Below, one piece after another: positions 50,569-61,329 of a DNA stretch of 64,000 nucleotides. A program made the translations under genes and the position numbers. The notes beneath the pieces are model-generated. The model saw only the letters and a list, made by a program, of their open reading frames with translations, searched no databases and was not told the DNA's origin. Source of the stretch: Scyliorhinus canicula. Its lineage: Eukaryota. The stretch lies in assembly GCF_902713615.1 (NCBI RefSeq), contig NC_052164.1, positions 69,787,830-69,851,829 on the forward strand. The letters are read 5' to 3'. The stretch's first letter is position 1, and each line of letters begins with the position of its first letter.

Positions 50569-51097
50569 GGGCGGGATTCTCTCAGCCCAGGGTTGGGCTG
50601 GAGAATCCCTGCAACCGGCGCGAATCGCGCCACGCCGCCCTCACGCCGGGACGCGATTCTCTGCAGAGCGAAGAATCGGCGCCATTGGCGCCGGCGTGAT
50701 TGGCGGGCCTGTCGGGGGCCGCTCTAAGTGGCCCCTCCCGCCAATTCTCGGCCTAGGATGGGCCGAGCGGCCGTCGCAAAAAACTCGAGTCTCACTGGTG
50801 CCGTTCTAATCTGCTCTTAGCCGGCGGAACCTTGGCATGGAAGGCTCCGTGGGCGGCCTGTGGGGGGCCCTGGTGGGGGCCTCCTTTGGCGCCGGTGTCA
50901 TTGCGTGTGCGCGGACCCCGCGGCGAACAGTTGACGTTGGGATCAGCAGATGGAGTGGCCTGGGCCACTCCAGTGCCGTGCTGGTCCCCTGTAGGGGCCA
51001 GAATTGCCGATCCTGAGGCCGTGTTGACGCCATCGAGAAATGTTACGGCGTTTCCGACGGCGCCAACATTTAGCCTCAGGATCAGAAAATCCCATCC
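50569..51097. mobile_element. Harbinger-type MITE, family A
   Basis: GGGCGGGATTCTC...GAAAATCCCATCC; TSD ATG. Confidence 0.88.
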
Positions 51098-51604
51098 ATG
51101 ATGCCTAGATCTTCAGCCCCATAAGGTAACGGGTCTGTGTCCACCATTAGATTTCCCATGGTCTGCCCTGATGAATAAGTAATGACTGAACAACGCAACA
51201 TCACATGTGTTCAGCAATCACACCGACTTCTCCACCTGCCAGTGGAAGATTTCACCCTTACTGTGTGGAGGGATTCACAGAAAAACCAGTAGGTGGAGCT
51301 TTGATTCCACTAGTAATGAATAGGGGCTCACTGATAAGTAATACCGGTAAGACTTAGCTTTCACTCGTGGCCAGCTGTATTACAATAACACACTGAGATA
51401 TAACGTGTAATAATAGGCAATATTATATCAGTACCTAATTGTTCTACAGCCTGGTAATATTCAATGACTACAGAGTAACTCTCTGCTGTGTTATTAACAT
51501 TGACAGGTTGTAGGCTGTATGTGTGTTTTTATTTTGATATATTTTGCTGGAAACAGTGGCCATTTTCTCTCCAGTTTTGGCTGGTTCAGTTTTGTTTGCC
51601 AACT

Positions 51605-51790
51605 CAAATACTCAGCAGTTCTGGCAGCGTCTGTGGAGAGAGAGAGAGAGAGAGAGGGATAGGCTTAACATTCTATCAAACTTCATCGACCTGAAGCATT
51701 AACTCTATTCCTTTCTCAACAGATGCTGGCAGACCTGGGCACTTTCTGTTTCAATTCCAGATTTCCAGCGTCTGCAATATTTTGCTTTTG
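51605..51790. mobile_element. Degraded inverted-repeat mini-element, probably a Penelope pLTR of a second family
   Basis: TCTGGCAGCGTCTGTGGAGA and TCTCAACAGATGCTGGCAGA are imperfectly inverted, followed by a CAGATTTCCAGCGTCTGCA tail. Confidence 0.55.
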
Positions 51791-51839
51791 TGTTGCGTGA
51801 GGACATTAGGCCCAAAATGCAGCATTTAGTTGCGTTACG

Positions 51840-52825
51840 AAGCCTGTTGTTTGTGATCTACATAAATGACCTGGAGGAAGGTATAGGTGGTCTGATTACC
51901 AAGTTTGCAGATGATACTAAGATTGGTGGAGTTGCAGATAGCGAGGAGGACTGTCAGAGAATACAACAAAATATAGATAGATTGTAGAGTTAGGCAGAGA
52001 AATGGCAGATGGAGTTCAATCCAGACAAATGCGAGGTGATGCATTTTGGAAGATCAAATTCAAGAGCGGACTATATGGTCAATGGAAGGGTCCTGGGGAA
52101 AATTGATATACAGAGAGATCTGGGAGTTCAGGTCCATTGTACCCTGAAGGTGGCAACACAGGTGGATAGGGTGGTCAAGAAGGCATACAGCATACTTGCC
52201 TTCATTGGAAGGGATATTGAGTACAAGAGTTGGCAGGTCATGTTACAGTTGTATAGGACTTTGGTTCGGCCACATTTGGAATACTGCGTGCAGTTCTGGT
52301 CGCCACATTACCAGAAGGATGTGGATGCTTTGGAGAGGGTGCAGAGGAGGTTCACCAGGATGTTGCCTGGTATGGAGGGTGCTAGCTATGAAGAAAGGTT
52401 GAGTAGATTAGGATTGTTTTCGTTGGAAAGACGGAGGTTGAGGAGGGACCTGATTGAGGTCTACAAAATTATGAGAGGTATGGACAGGGTGGATAGCAAC
52501 AAGCTTTTCCCAAGAGTGGGGGTGTCAATTACAAGGGGTCACGATTTCAAGGTGAGAGGGGGAAAGTTTAAGAGAGATGTGGGTGGAAAGTTTTTTACGC
52601 AGAGGGTGATGGGTGCCTGGAATGCTTTACCAGCGGAGGTGGTAGAGTCGGGCACGATAGCATCATTTAAGATGCATCTGGACAGGTATATGAACGGGCG
52701 GGAACAGAGGGAAGTAGACCTTGGAAAATAGGAGACAGGTTTAGATAAAGAATCTGGATCGGCGCAAGCTGGGAGGGCCGAAGGGCCTGTTCCTGTGCTG
52801 TAATTTTCTTTGTTCTTTGTTCTAT
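51840..52825 (+). mobile_element. CR1 (HER1-like) ORF2 3' part and tail
   Basis: LFVIYINDL...KFADDTK...MEFNPDKC...; (TTCTTTG)n tail. Confidence 0.93.
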
Positions 52826-53194
52826 AGTTGTATATAGTACTCAGTTGTATATAGTACTTAGTATATGATTATGTAGTACAATATGTGGGCATATGTGTGT
52901 AGAACAATGAAGTTTTATATCGGTTAATGTAACGATATGCTACAATTGGATCAAGTCAAAAAACTGAACAAAACAAGCGATTTATTTTAATCTGCATACA
53001 AACAGGGAATTAATCATTCCAGACAGACAGATGGAGCTATCAACTTTCCTTTTAAGTGCTCCTTCTTGTTATAAAACTGCCTTTGGCACCAACCTCAATT
53101 CTGGAGCTGGCACTGTGAGGTATGAGGTTTCCTGACTCCCCCTGGCATTGGTGTGTGCCACGTGAGACGTGGTCTCCACAGGTATCCAATAGGA

Positions 53195-53424
53195 ATTTTT
53201 TTTTAAAAAATTTCGAGCAGCCAATTATTATTTTTTCCCAATTAAGGGGCAATTTAACGAGGTCAATCCACCTAACCAGCACATCTTTGGGTTGTGGAGG
53301 TGAAACCCACGCAGACATGGCGAGAATGTGCAAACTCCACATGGACAGTGACCCAGGGCTGGGATTCGAACCCAGGTCCTCAGCGCCGCAGTCCCAGTGC
53401 TAACCACTGAGCCACATGTCGCCC
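53195..53424 (-). mobile_element. V-SINE short form
   Basis: Family match. Confidence 0.85.
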
Positions 53425-53884
53425 TACCAATAGCAAATATAAACACATCCATGTGAGAGTGTGGAGCCGCCATCTGTTCTGGCCAGCGGTCTGTTTGGCA
53501 TATCCAAGCCTCCAAGGGCCTGCTCACTCAGTTGTCCGTTGTGGTGGTGCTGTGGATGTGCCCAGCAATGCTTACGGAATGGAGTCACTGTAGTCAAAAG
53601 CTGCAGGCTGCTCAGAATACACCTGCGGTTATTTACAAGCTCAAGGTAGGATGATCATTACCTATAGCAACAGTTTGGCTCAAAACAGTGTGTTGTGTTT
53701 GTATGTCTGGGTAAAGGGATGTGAACAGAAGCAACTTTTAGATAAAACTTGCCAATCACCGATTAAGAATTTAAACTATGTATTCAGTTTTGATTGCTGT
53801 TCAACAGCTCAAGGGATGTAGGCGAGAGGGAAGAAAGAGGAGATACCTACGCTGCCACTCACTCCTTCCATTAAAGACACAATT

Positions 53885-54522
53885 AGATCACTGTCAACAT
53901 ACTGTGGGTTACTATTGGCCAAAAACTGAACTGGGTTAGCTCTATAAATACTGTGGCTATAAGAACACCTGAGAGGAAAGGAATCCTGACTGCCCAAAGC
54001 CTGTCCACAAGGCATAAGTCAGGAGTTTGATGGAATGCTCTCCACTTGCCTGCATGAGTGAAGCTCCAAGAACACTCATGAAGCTTGTCACCATCCAGGA
54101 CAAAGCAGCCCACTTGATTGGCAGCCAGTCCACAAACATTTACTCCCTCCACCAACAACACACAGTGGCAGCAGTGTGTACCATCTACAAGATGCAGTGC
54201 AGGAACTCGCCAAGCCTCCTCAAGCACCACCTTCCAAATCCACGACCACCACCATGTAGAAGGACAAGGCAGCAGACACATGGGAACCCCACCACCTCGG
54301 CATTCTCCTCCAAGCCACTCACCACCCTGATTTGAAAACATATCACCGTTCCTTCACTATTGCTGTGTCAAAATTCTGGAACTCCCTCCCAACAGCACTG
54401 TAGGTGTACTGACACATCCTGGAAGAAGGCAGCTCACCTCTACCCTCTCAAATTCAATTAGGGATGAGCAATAAATGCTGGCCTAGCCAGTGATGCCTAC
54501 ATTTGCATGAATGAATAAAAAA
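53885..54522 (+). mobile_element. CR1/L2-group LINE 3' end (second family)
   Basis: VRSLMECSPLA...IQDKAAHLIG...AAVCTIYKM; tail CAATAAATGCTGGCCTAGCCAG...ATGAATGAATAAAA. Confidence 0.8.
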
Positions 54523-54527
54523 AACAA

Positions 54528-56390
54528 CGGTGGCAACTTTGATTCAGTGGGTAGCGCTCTTGCCTCTGAATCAGAAGGTTGTGTTCTTTGTTCCCACAAA
54601 GACTTGGGTGAAAAATCTAGGCTGATCTCAGTGCGTAACCGAGGTACTGGGCAGGATACTCCATTGACTGACACCAGAATCGCGAAACGCTCTTCACAAA
54701 CCAACAGGGGTTCCACTCGATGAACGTGCAGCTGGTGTGTGACCATGCGATGTGCATCATGCATGTCTGCGCCGTATACCGGGGCAGTGTGCATGATGCC
54801 TTCATCCTGCCACACTCTACGGTTCCTGACCTCGAAAGTGCCCAACCGAGGCGAGGTTATCTGGGATGGTGGAGGGTGTTGGAGACACTGTGATGTGAAG
54901 TTGATATCTTCCCTGGACTCGAGCTCTGGGGTGTCACGGGATGCGGTCGATGGTTCCCATTCGTGTTGGTGTCATCGTCGTCGCTGGTCAGCACCTAGGG
55001 TTGTGGTTATGGTTGGGTGTGGGGGAGGGGGCGGGACACACCAGAAGGGCCCGCTTCATCACCAGCTCCTGCCATGACACACGGCAAGACGCCTGATTGC
55101 ATCATGGGTGGGAGTGTGTGGGGCGAGGGGGGCTGTGTGGGGAGGGGTGTGGTGGTGGTGGAGAAGGGGTATGGGGGGTTGCTGGAGGGTTGACACAATT
55201 GCCATGGGGAACCACAACTTAGTAGGGTCTCACTTCCTCGCCCGATGTAAACCTCCGCCCCGATGACTGTCCTTCGGGCCCCGCGGCCACATCTTCTGCT
55301 GTGCTGAGGGGCCGTAACTCTGGTAGTCCCTCCAGTCTTCCCGCCCCTTGGTGGTTGTGGGTGACTTTCTCCTGGCCGGGGGGGGGGGGGGGGGGGGGGT
55401 TGGGAAACAAAAACGCACAATGTTAGATAGACCAATGCATGCAGCCCAGGGGGTGGGTAGCTGATGGCTTCAGTGGCCAGGGCACATGGCCATGGTGGCT
55501 GATATGTGGTGCAGGGTGGGGTTTGGCTGCCCTCCAGGTCAGGGGGGGGGGGGGGAGGGGGGGGGGCATTTATGGGGGGGTGGGGCGGGGCACAGTGCTG
55601 CCTACTCACTCTGGCCGCCCTGAGAAGATCATGCAGTTTTTTTTGCCACTATTGGCTGGTCCTTGTGGTGTTGCCCACAGCGCTGAAGACTTCTTCCACC
55701 TGCGCCTTGGCCTGGCGAAAGCCAGGCAGCCTCCTTCTCACCCCAGGATACAGGGTCACCCGCCTCATCTCCACCGCATCCAGCAGGGTCACCAGTTTGG
55801 CATCTCTGAACCTTGGTGCCGCATGTCTTGCTGCCATCTTATTGGCTGGGATGGTGTGTGTGGGGAGTGAAGTGTGTATATGTGGCTGCAGCTTGTCAGC
55901 CTCCTGAGTGTCAATCCCGAACTCGACGAATCTGGCACCATGTCTGATTGGAATTGAATGTGTTCCACATGGGGCACCCGGTGCCACCCCCTTAACAGTT
56001 GCTGAATTGATCCAGGTATGGCCCCAATTTGGCTATCAGAGAAGTCCACTAATCCTGCCCTGGGGTCAACATTTGTCTCAGGAACGGGGAATCCGGCCCA
56101 CTGTCTTTCAGATGAAACATTAAACCAAGTCCCTATTAAACATTTTGTGGATGTAAAAGAATAGACCGTTCGATTTGGAAAAGAACAATGGAGTTATTCT
56201 CAGGTATATCCTGGTCATTTGCATCCCTCAACCAATATCGCCATAACAGGTTACCTGGCCGTTATATCATTGCTATTTTTGGCACCTTGCTCTGCCTAGA
56301 ATAGTTGCCATGTTTCCTACGTTACAACAATTACACTTCAAAAAGCACTTCTTTGTTATAAAGTGTTTGGGGGCATCCTGAGTCTGTGAG
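54528..56390 (+). mobile_element. Deu-domain SINE split by a Harbinger insertion
   Basis: Head GGTAGCGCTCTTGCCTCTGAATCAGAAGGTTG...GAGGT|ACT, resuming GTCTTTCAGATGAAACATTAAACC...TTGCC..GTTTCCTAC.TTACAACA. Confidence 0.75.
54649..56099. mobile_element. Internally deleted PIF/Harbinger transposon with both gene remnants (family B)
   Basis: TIRs GGGCAGGATACTCC / GGGGAATCCGGCCC, TSD ACT. Plus strand (about 54690-54860): NQQGFHSMNVQLVCDH...YRGSVHDAFIL, HARBI1-like DDE. Minus strand: spliced Myb gene, ATG 55837 MAARHAAPRFRDAKLVTLLDAVE..., donor at 55609, exon 2 about 55371-55234. Confidence 0.9.
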
Positions 56391-56564
56391 ATGTGGTCGC
56401 CACAGATAGCCAATGTCCTGAGGTCATGGAAATCAGCATATAACAACAATCTATGCTTGTATTGCATCTTTGGCATAATATAATATACCAAGGCGCATCA
56501 AAGGGGTTCAGGGGTCCTGTGTTCTAATAGCACGTTTTCATGTTAGTATGGTTGATACTATGGT

Positions 56565-57545
56565 TGACCCTCCTGTTCCCTGCTCCCCTCCCAATCGCTG
56601 ACCCTCCTGTTCCCTGCTCCCCTCCCAATCGCTGACCCTCTTGTTCACTGCTCCCCTCCCAATTGCTGACCCTCTTGTTCACTGCTCCCCTCCCAATCGC
56701 TGACCCTCTTGTTCACTGCTCGCCTCCCAATCGCTGACCCTCTTGTTCACTGCTCCCCTCCCAATCGCTGACCCTCTTGTTCACTGCTCGCCTCCCAATC
56801 ACTGTCCCTCTTGTTCACTGCTCCCCTCCCAAACGCTGACCCTCCTGTTCACTGCTCCCCTCCCAAACGCTGACCCTCCTGTTCCCTGCTCCCCTCCCAA
56901 TCGCTGACCCTCTTGTTCACTGCTCCCCTCCCAATTGCTGACCCTCTTGTTCACTGCTCCCCTCCCAATCGCTGACCCTCTTGTTCACTGCTCGCCTCCC
57001 AATCGCTGACCCTCTTGTTCACTGCTCGCCTCCCAATCACTTTCCCTCTTGTTCACTGCTCCCCTCCCAAACGCTGACCCTCCTGTTCACTGCTCCCCTC
57101 CCAAACGCTGACCCTCCTGTTCCCTGCTCCCCTCCCAATCGCTGACCCTCTTGTTCACTGCTCCCCTCCCAATTTCTGACCCTCTTGTTCACTGCTCCCC
57201 TCCCAATCACTGACCCTCTTGTTCACTGCTCGCCTCCCAATCGCTGACCCTCTTGTTCACTGCTCCCCTCCCAATCGCTGACCCTCTTGTTCACTGCTCG
57301 CCTCCCAATCGCTGACCCTCTTGTTCACTGCTCGCCTCCCAATCACTGTCCCTCTTGTTCACTGCTCGCCTCCCAATCGCTGACCCTCTTGTTCACTGCT
57401 CGCCTCCCAATCACTGTCCCTCTTGTTCACTGCTCGCTTCCCAATCGCTGTCCCTCTTGTTCACTGCTCCCCTCCCAAACGCTGACCCTCCTGTTCACTG
57501 CTCCCTTCACAATCGCTGACCCTCCTGTTCACTGCTCCCCAATCA
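56565..57545 (+). repeat. 34-bp minisatellite, about 29 copies
   Basis: Unit GCTGACCCTCTTGTTCACTGCTCCCCTCCCAATC; starts at 56631, 56665, 56699 and so on. Confidence 0.95.
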
Positions 57546-57918
57546 TTGACAAACTTGTTTGCCATCTCTCCCTCCCAATCTCCAACCCACCCGCTTACTG
57601 TCTCCTTCCCACTCGCTGCCTCCCTCTCCAACACTTCCACTCAACACTTCCCCTGATCCCTCTCACTGCTCCTTGGGGCATGGCAGAGAATTGGAGAATT
57701 GTGGGAGATGTGGTGAGCTGGAGATGGGAAACAGCAATTAGGAACTAAGTCAAAGAGTTGGTGTTATAAGTTATTAAGCGTTAGTACGAGTGTGTAGGAG
57801 AATTCTTTGCGCTGATTAGGTTAAAGACAGCCAATGGGATTTTAATGTGAAATTACAGGTTAAGAACCTATCATATTCCATGTTTTCTTGTGGACAAGTG
57901 TTTAATGTTCAGCGTTCT

Positions 57919-58567
57919 GGGTGGGACTCTTCATTAACCGACGCCAAAATCAGAAAAGGAGATTGGACGGAGAATCGGTTTCCGACGCCAAAATCGCGTC
58001 AGGCGCCGATTTGACACCAAATCGCAATGCTCCAGCACCTCGACAGCAGCATCAATGTGTTATGGAACGCATGTACAGTAGAGACCATTTGTATATCATT
58101 AGCGGGCCCGACCCGGTATTCTCTGGGGCCTCTGCGATTCTCCGCCTCCGATGGGCTGAGTTCCTGATGGCGGGGTTCACTTATGCTTTTGAAAATCGTG
58201 AAACTGGCGTGGCGGCTGCTTCAGGAGAGAGAGGGCGTACGAAAAGTATCCAACATCGCCGCTGTTTGCTGACAGTTGTGCTGCTGGCCGGGGGGCTTCT
58301 GCCAGGGCCCAGGGGAGTAGCAGTGCGTAGCCTGGAGGAAGGCTGTGGGGTCGGAGAACACCATTGTCGCAGCTGGAAAGGCAGCCATGTCAATCACGGA
58401 CCTGGTAAATCCCGCACCGTTTTTCATTGGAGTTGAGTGTGTTCCACGCGGCACCGGTGCGAGCCCCTTTATAGTAGCAGAATCGGTCCAGGCGAGCTAC
58501 CAGTTTTCTGTCGTGATAATCCACAAATTCTGCGTTGCCGTCGATACTTAGTCTCAGAAACGGAGAA
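57919..58567 (-). mobile_element. Non-autonomous Harbinger derivative, family B
   Basis: Reverse-orientation homologue of 23783-24591; left end resembles 54649-54690; right TIR clipped after GGAGAAT. Confidence 0.72.
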
Positions 58568-59091
58568 TGTCTTTGGAAACACATTAAGGGTGCTGACAAG
58601 GGATAATTATATTATGAAACAAAATATGACACCGAGTCGCATAAGGAAATATTAGGTCAGATCAAAAGCTAGTCAAAGAGTTAAGTTTTTAAGGAGTGTT
58701 TTAAAGGAACAAAGTGAGGTAGGTTTGGGGAGTAGGGGTATGAAGAAGGGAATTCCGCATGTGAGGAAAGTTAGCGAATTTGTCAATGGAAAAGTCAATT
58801 TCCCTCTGCAATGATCATTACTCCAGGACGTTATAGTGTATTTATACTGTGTGATTTTCACCTCACCTATGTGCAATTTGAAAAATGAAACTACTCTTTG
58901 ACACTTAGCCTGGCATCGATATTATATTGTTGTGCTGACACCTTTGCAGATAGCAACATCGCTGAGGAAATAACAGACTGTTAATTGGGTCTCTACATTG
59001 GAGGATCAAGTTGATGGTACACCTGGATTGGTATTACAATGCTATTATCTACTCCTGTCCTGTGTTTCTAACCTCTCTGTCTCATTGGCAG

Positions 59092-59232
59092 GTGACGGCA
59101 GGAAGGCGATGAAGACTTTCTGTTCTCCAAAGATCCAGCATCACGCTTTTGGGCTCAGACTGGTGGATGCACTCCCACCTCCTCCACCCCTCCCTGTGGA
59201 GGAACCTAGGCAAGTCTGGGGAACAGAGGAAG
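59092..59232 (+). CDS. ROBO4: ROBO4-like exon G (CC2-like proline motif)
   Basis: ctctctgtctcattggcag|...gaag|gttaag. Encodes GDGRKAMKTFCSPKIQHHAFGLRLVDALPPPPPLPVEEPRQVWGTEE; LPPPP is the Ena/VASP-binding Robo CC2 motif. Confidence 0.8.
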
Positions 59233-60004
59233 GTTAAGGACTGTTCTATGTTACTGAGAAAAATGGGGGATGACATTCATTCATGGGAAGTGGAGCCAGC
59301 ATTTTCTGCCCATTCCTAATTGCCCATGAGCTAAGTGGCTTGCTGGGCCATTTAAGGGTCACAGGTAGGCCAGATCAGGTAAGAATTGCAGATTTCCCCC
59401 AGTTGACAATGGTTTCATAGTCATCATTAGACTTTTACCATCTGCTGTGGTTGGATTCGAACCCAGGCCCACAGAGCATTACCGTAGGTCCACTAGTCTA
59501 GTGACAATACTACTATGCTACTACTATGTATCTAATTGTTCAACACCATTTATTTAAATACTAACGGAAGGTTAAAGTCACCCATTTGTGTTAAAGTCAC
59601 CCATGATTATTACCCTCCCTTTATCACCAGCACCCAATATTTCTTGTTTACTTTGTCCTACATAGCGGCTACTTTAGGGGCCTGTGGACCACTGTCACTA
59701 ATGACTTCTTTCCCCCACTATTCCTCATCCCCACTCAAACCAATTCCACATCCTGATCTCCTGAACCAAGGTCAATCCTAACTGTTGCACCTATGCCTTG
59801 ATTAACAGTGCTACCCCTCCACCTTTACCTAGCTTCATATTCTTCTTGAATGTCAATATACCCTTCAATATTCAGGACCCAATGCTTGTCATCCTGCAGC
59901 CATGTCTCCGTAATGGCTATCAGATCTGATCATATTTATTTACTTCATCATGTGCTATCAATTTATTTACTTTGTTATGAATGCTACGCACATTCAGATA
60001 TAGA

Positions 60005-60654
60005 GGACGGGATTCTCTCACCCCGGGGTCTGGCCGGAGAATCGCCGGGACCGTGGCTAATCGCGCAACGCCGCCCTGATGGCGGTCCGCCGATTGTCCG
60101 GAGTGTGGAGAAACGGCGACAGCGCGGTCGGCGCGTCGCCGGTCGGGAGTCGCTCTATGGGGCACCCCCCGCCGATTCTCGGCCCAGGATGGGCCATGCT
60201 GAAAAAGCCGAGTCCCGCCGGCGCCATCCACGCCTGCTCTTACCCAACGGGACCTCGGCGTGGATGCATATGGGAGGGGCCTGGTGGGGGGGAGGGGGGT
60301 CCAACCCCGGGGTGAGCCTCCGCTGTGGCCTGGCCCACAATCGGGGCCTACCGATCGGCCTCTCGGGCTGGGGGCCTCTTTTGTTCCGCGCCGGCCCCTG
60401 TAGCCCTACGCCATGTTGCGTCGGGGCCAGCGCATGCGCACGTTGGCGCCGGTGCCACAGCGCATGCGCGGACCCCATGGCGCCAATCTGATGCCAGGAT
60501 CAGCAGCTGGAGCAGCGTGGGTCATTCCAGTGCCATGCTGGCCCCCTGTAGGGGTCAGAATTTCTGCTCCTGAGGCCATGTTCAAGCTGTCGAGAAACGC
60601 GATGGTGTTTACGACGGCGTCACCAAGTAGCCTCAGGATCAGAGAATCCCGTCC
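60005..60654. mobile_element. Harbinger-type MITE, family A
   Basis: Perfect TIRs GGACGGGATTCTCT / AGAGAATCCCGTCC; TSD AGA; sits in a minus-strand CR1 endonuclease remnant (about 59540-60004). Confidence 0.9.
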
Positions 60655-60904
60655 AGAACTTTTGTTTTGTTGTTTTGTTATCTTTGTATTGTCTAGTCTT
60701 GATTCTCTGTGCATTCTTAGATTTTTTTTCTCTGTCCCTTCTAACATTCTCCGACCCTCATTTCCCATTGTGCTTCTGAAGGGCAAATAGGGATGGGCAA
60801 TAAATGCTGGCCTAACCAGCAACGCCCGTATCCTGTAAATGAATAAATAAAACAATATATATATAAATATATTTTCCTCTCTTATCTTGTCTCTGCTCTT
60901 TGAT

Positions 60905-61322
60905 ATAGAATTTAGAAGAATGAGTGGGAATTTTATAGAAACATAAAAAATTATGAAGGGAATAGATAGGATAGAAACAGATAAGTTGTTTCTACTGGCG
61001 GGTGAAAATGGAACTTGGGGGCATAGCCTCAAAATCAGGGGGACCAGATTTAGGTCTGAATTGAGGAGGAACTTCTTCACCCAAAGGGTCATGAATCTGT
61101 GGAATTCCCTGCCCAGTGAAGCAGTTGAGGCTACCTCGTTAAATGTTTTTAAGGCAAAGGTGGATAGATTTTTGAACAGTAAAGAAATAAAAGATTATGG
61201 TGAGTGAGCGGGTAAGTGGAGCTGAGTCCACAAAAGATCAGCCATGATCTTATTGAATGGCGAAGAAGGCTCGAGGGGCCAAGGTGGCCTACTTCTGCTC
61301 CAAGTTCTTATGTAATGTTCTT
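60905..61322 (+). mobile_element. CR1 3' end
   Basis: KIMKGIDR...GHSLKIRG...FFTQRVMNLWNSLP and tail. Confidence 0.85.
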
Positions 61323-61329
61323 ATACCAC

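Noticed and set aside
54690-55837. Domesticated HARBI1, NAIF1 or MSANTD host genes
   Set aside because: Fragments have stops, frameshifts and deletions and lie between TIRs with a TSD.
56565-57545. CRISPR-like periodicity
   Set aside because: Units are contiguous with no unique spacers, and the context is vertebrate; it is a minisatellite.
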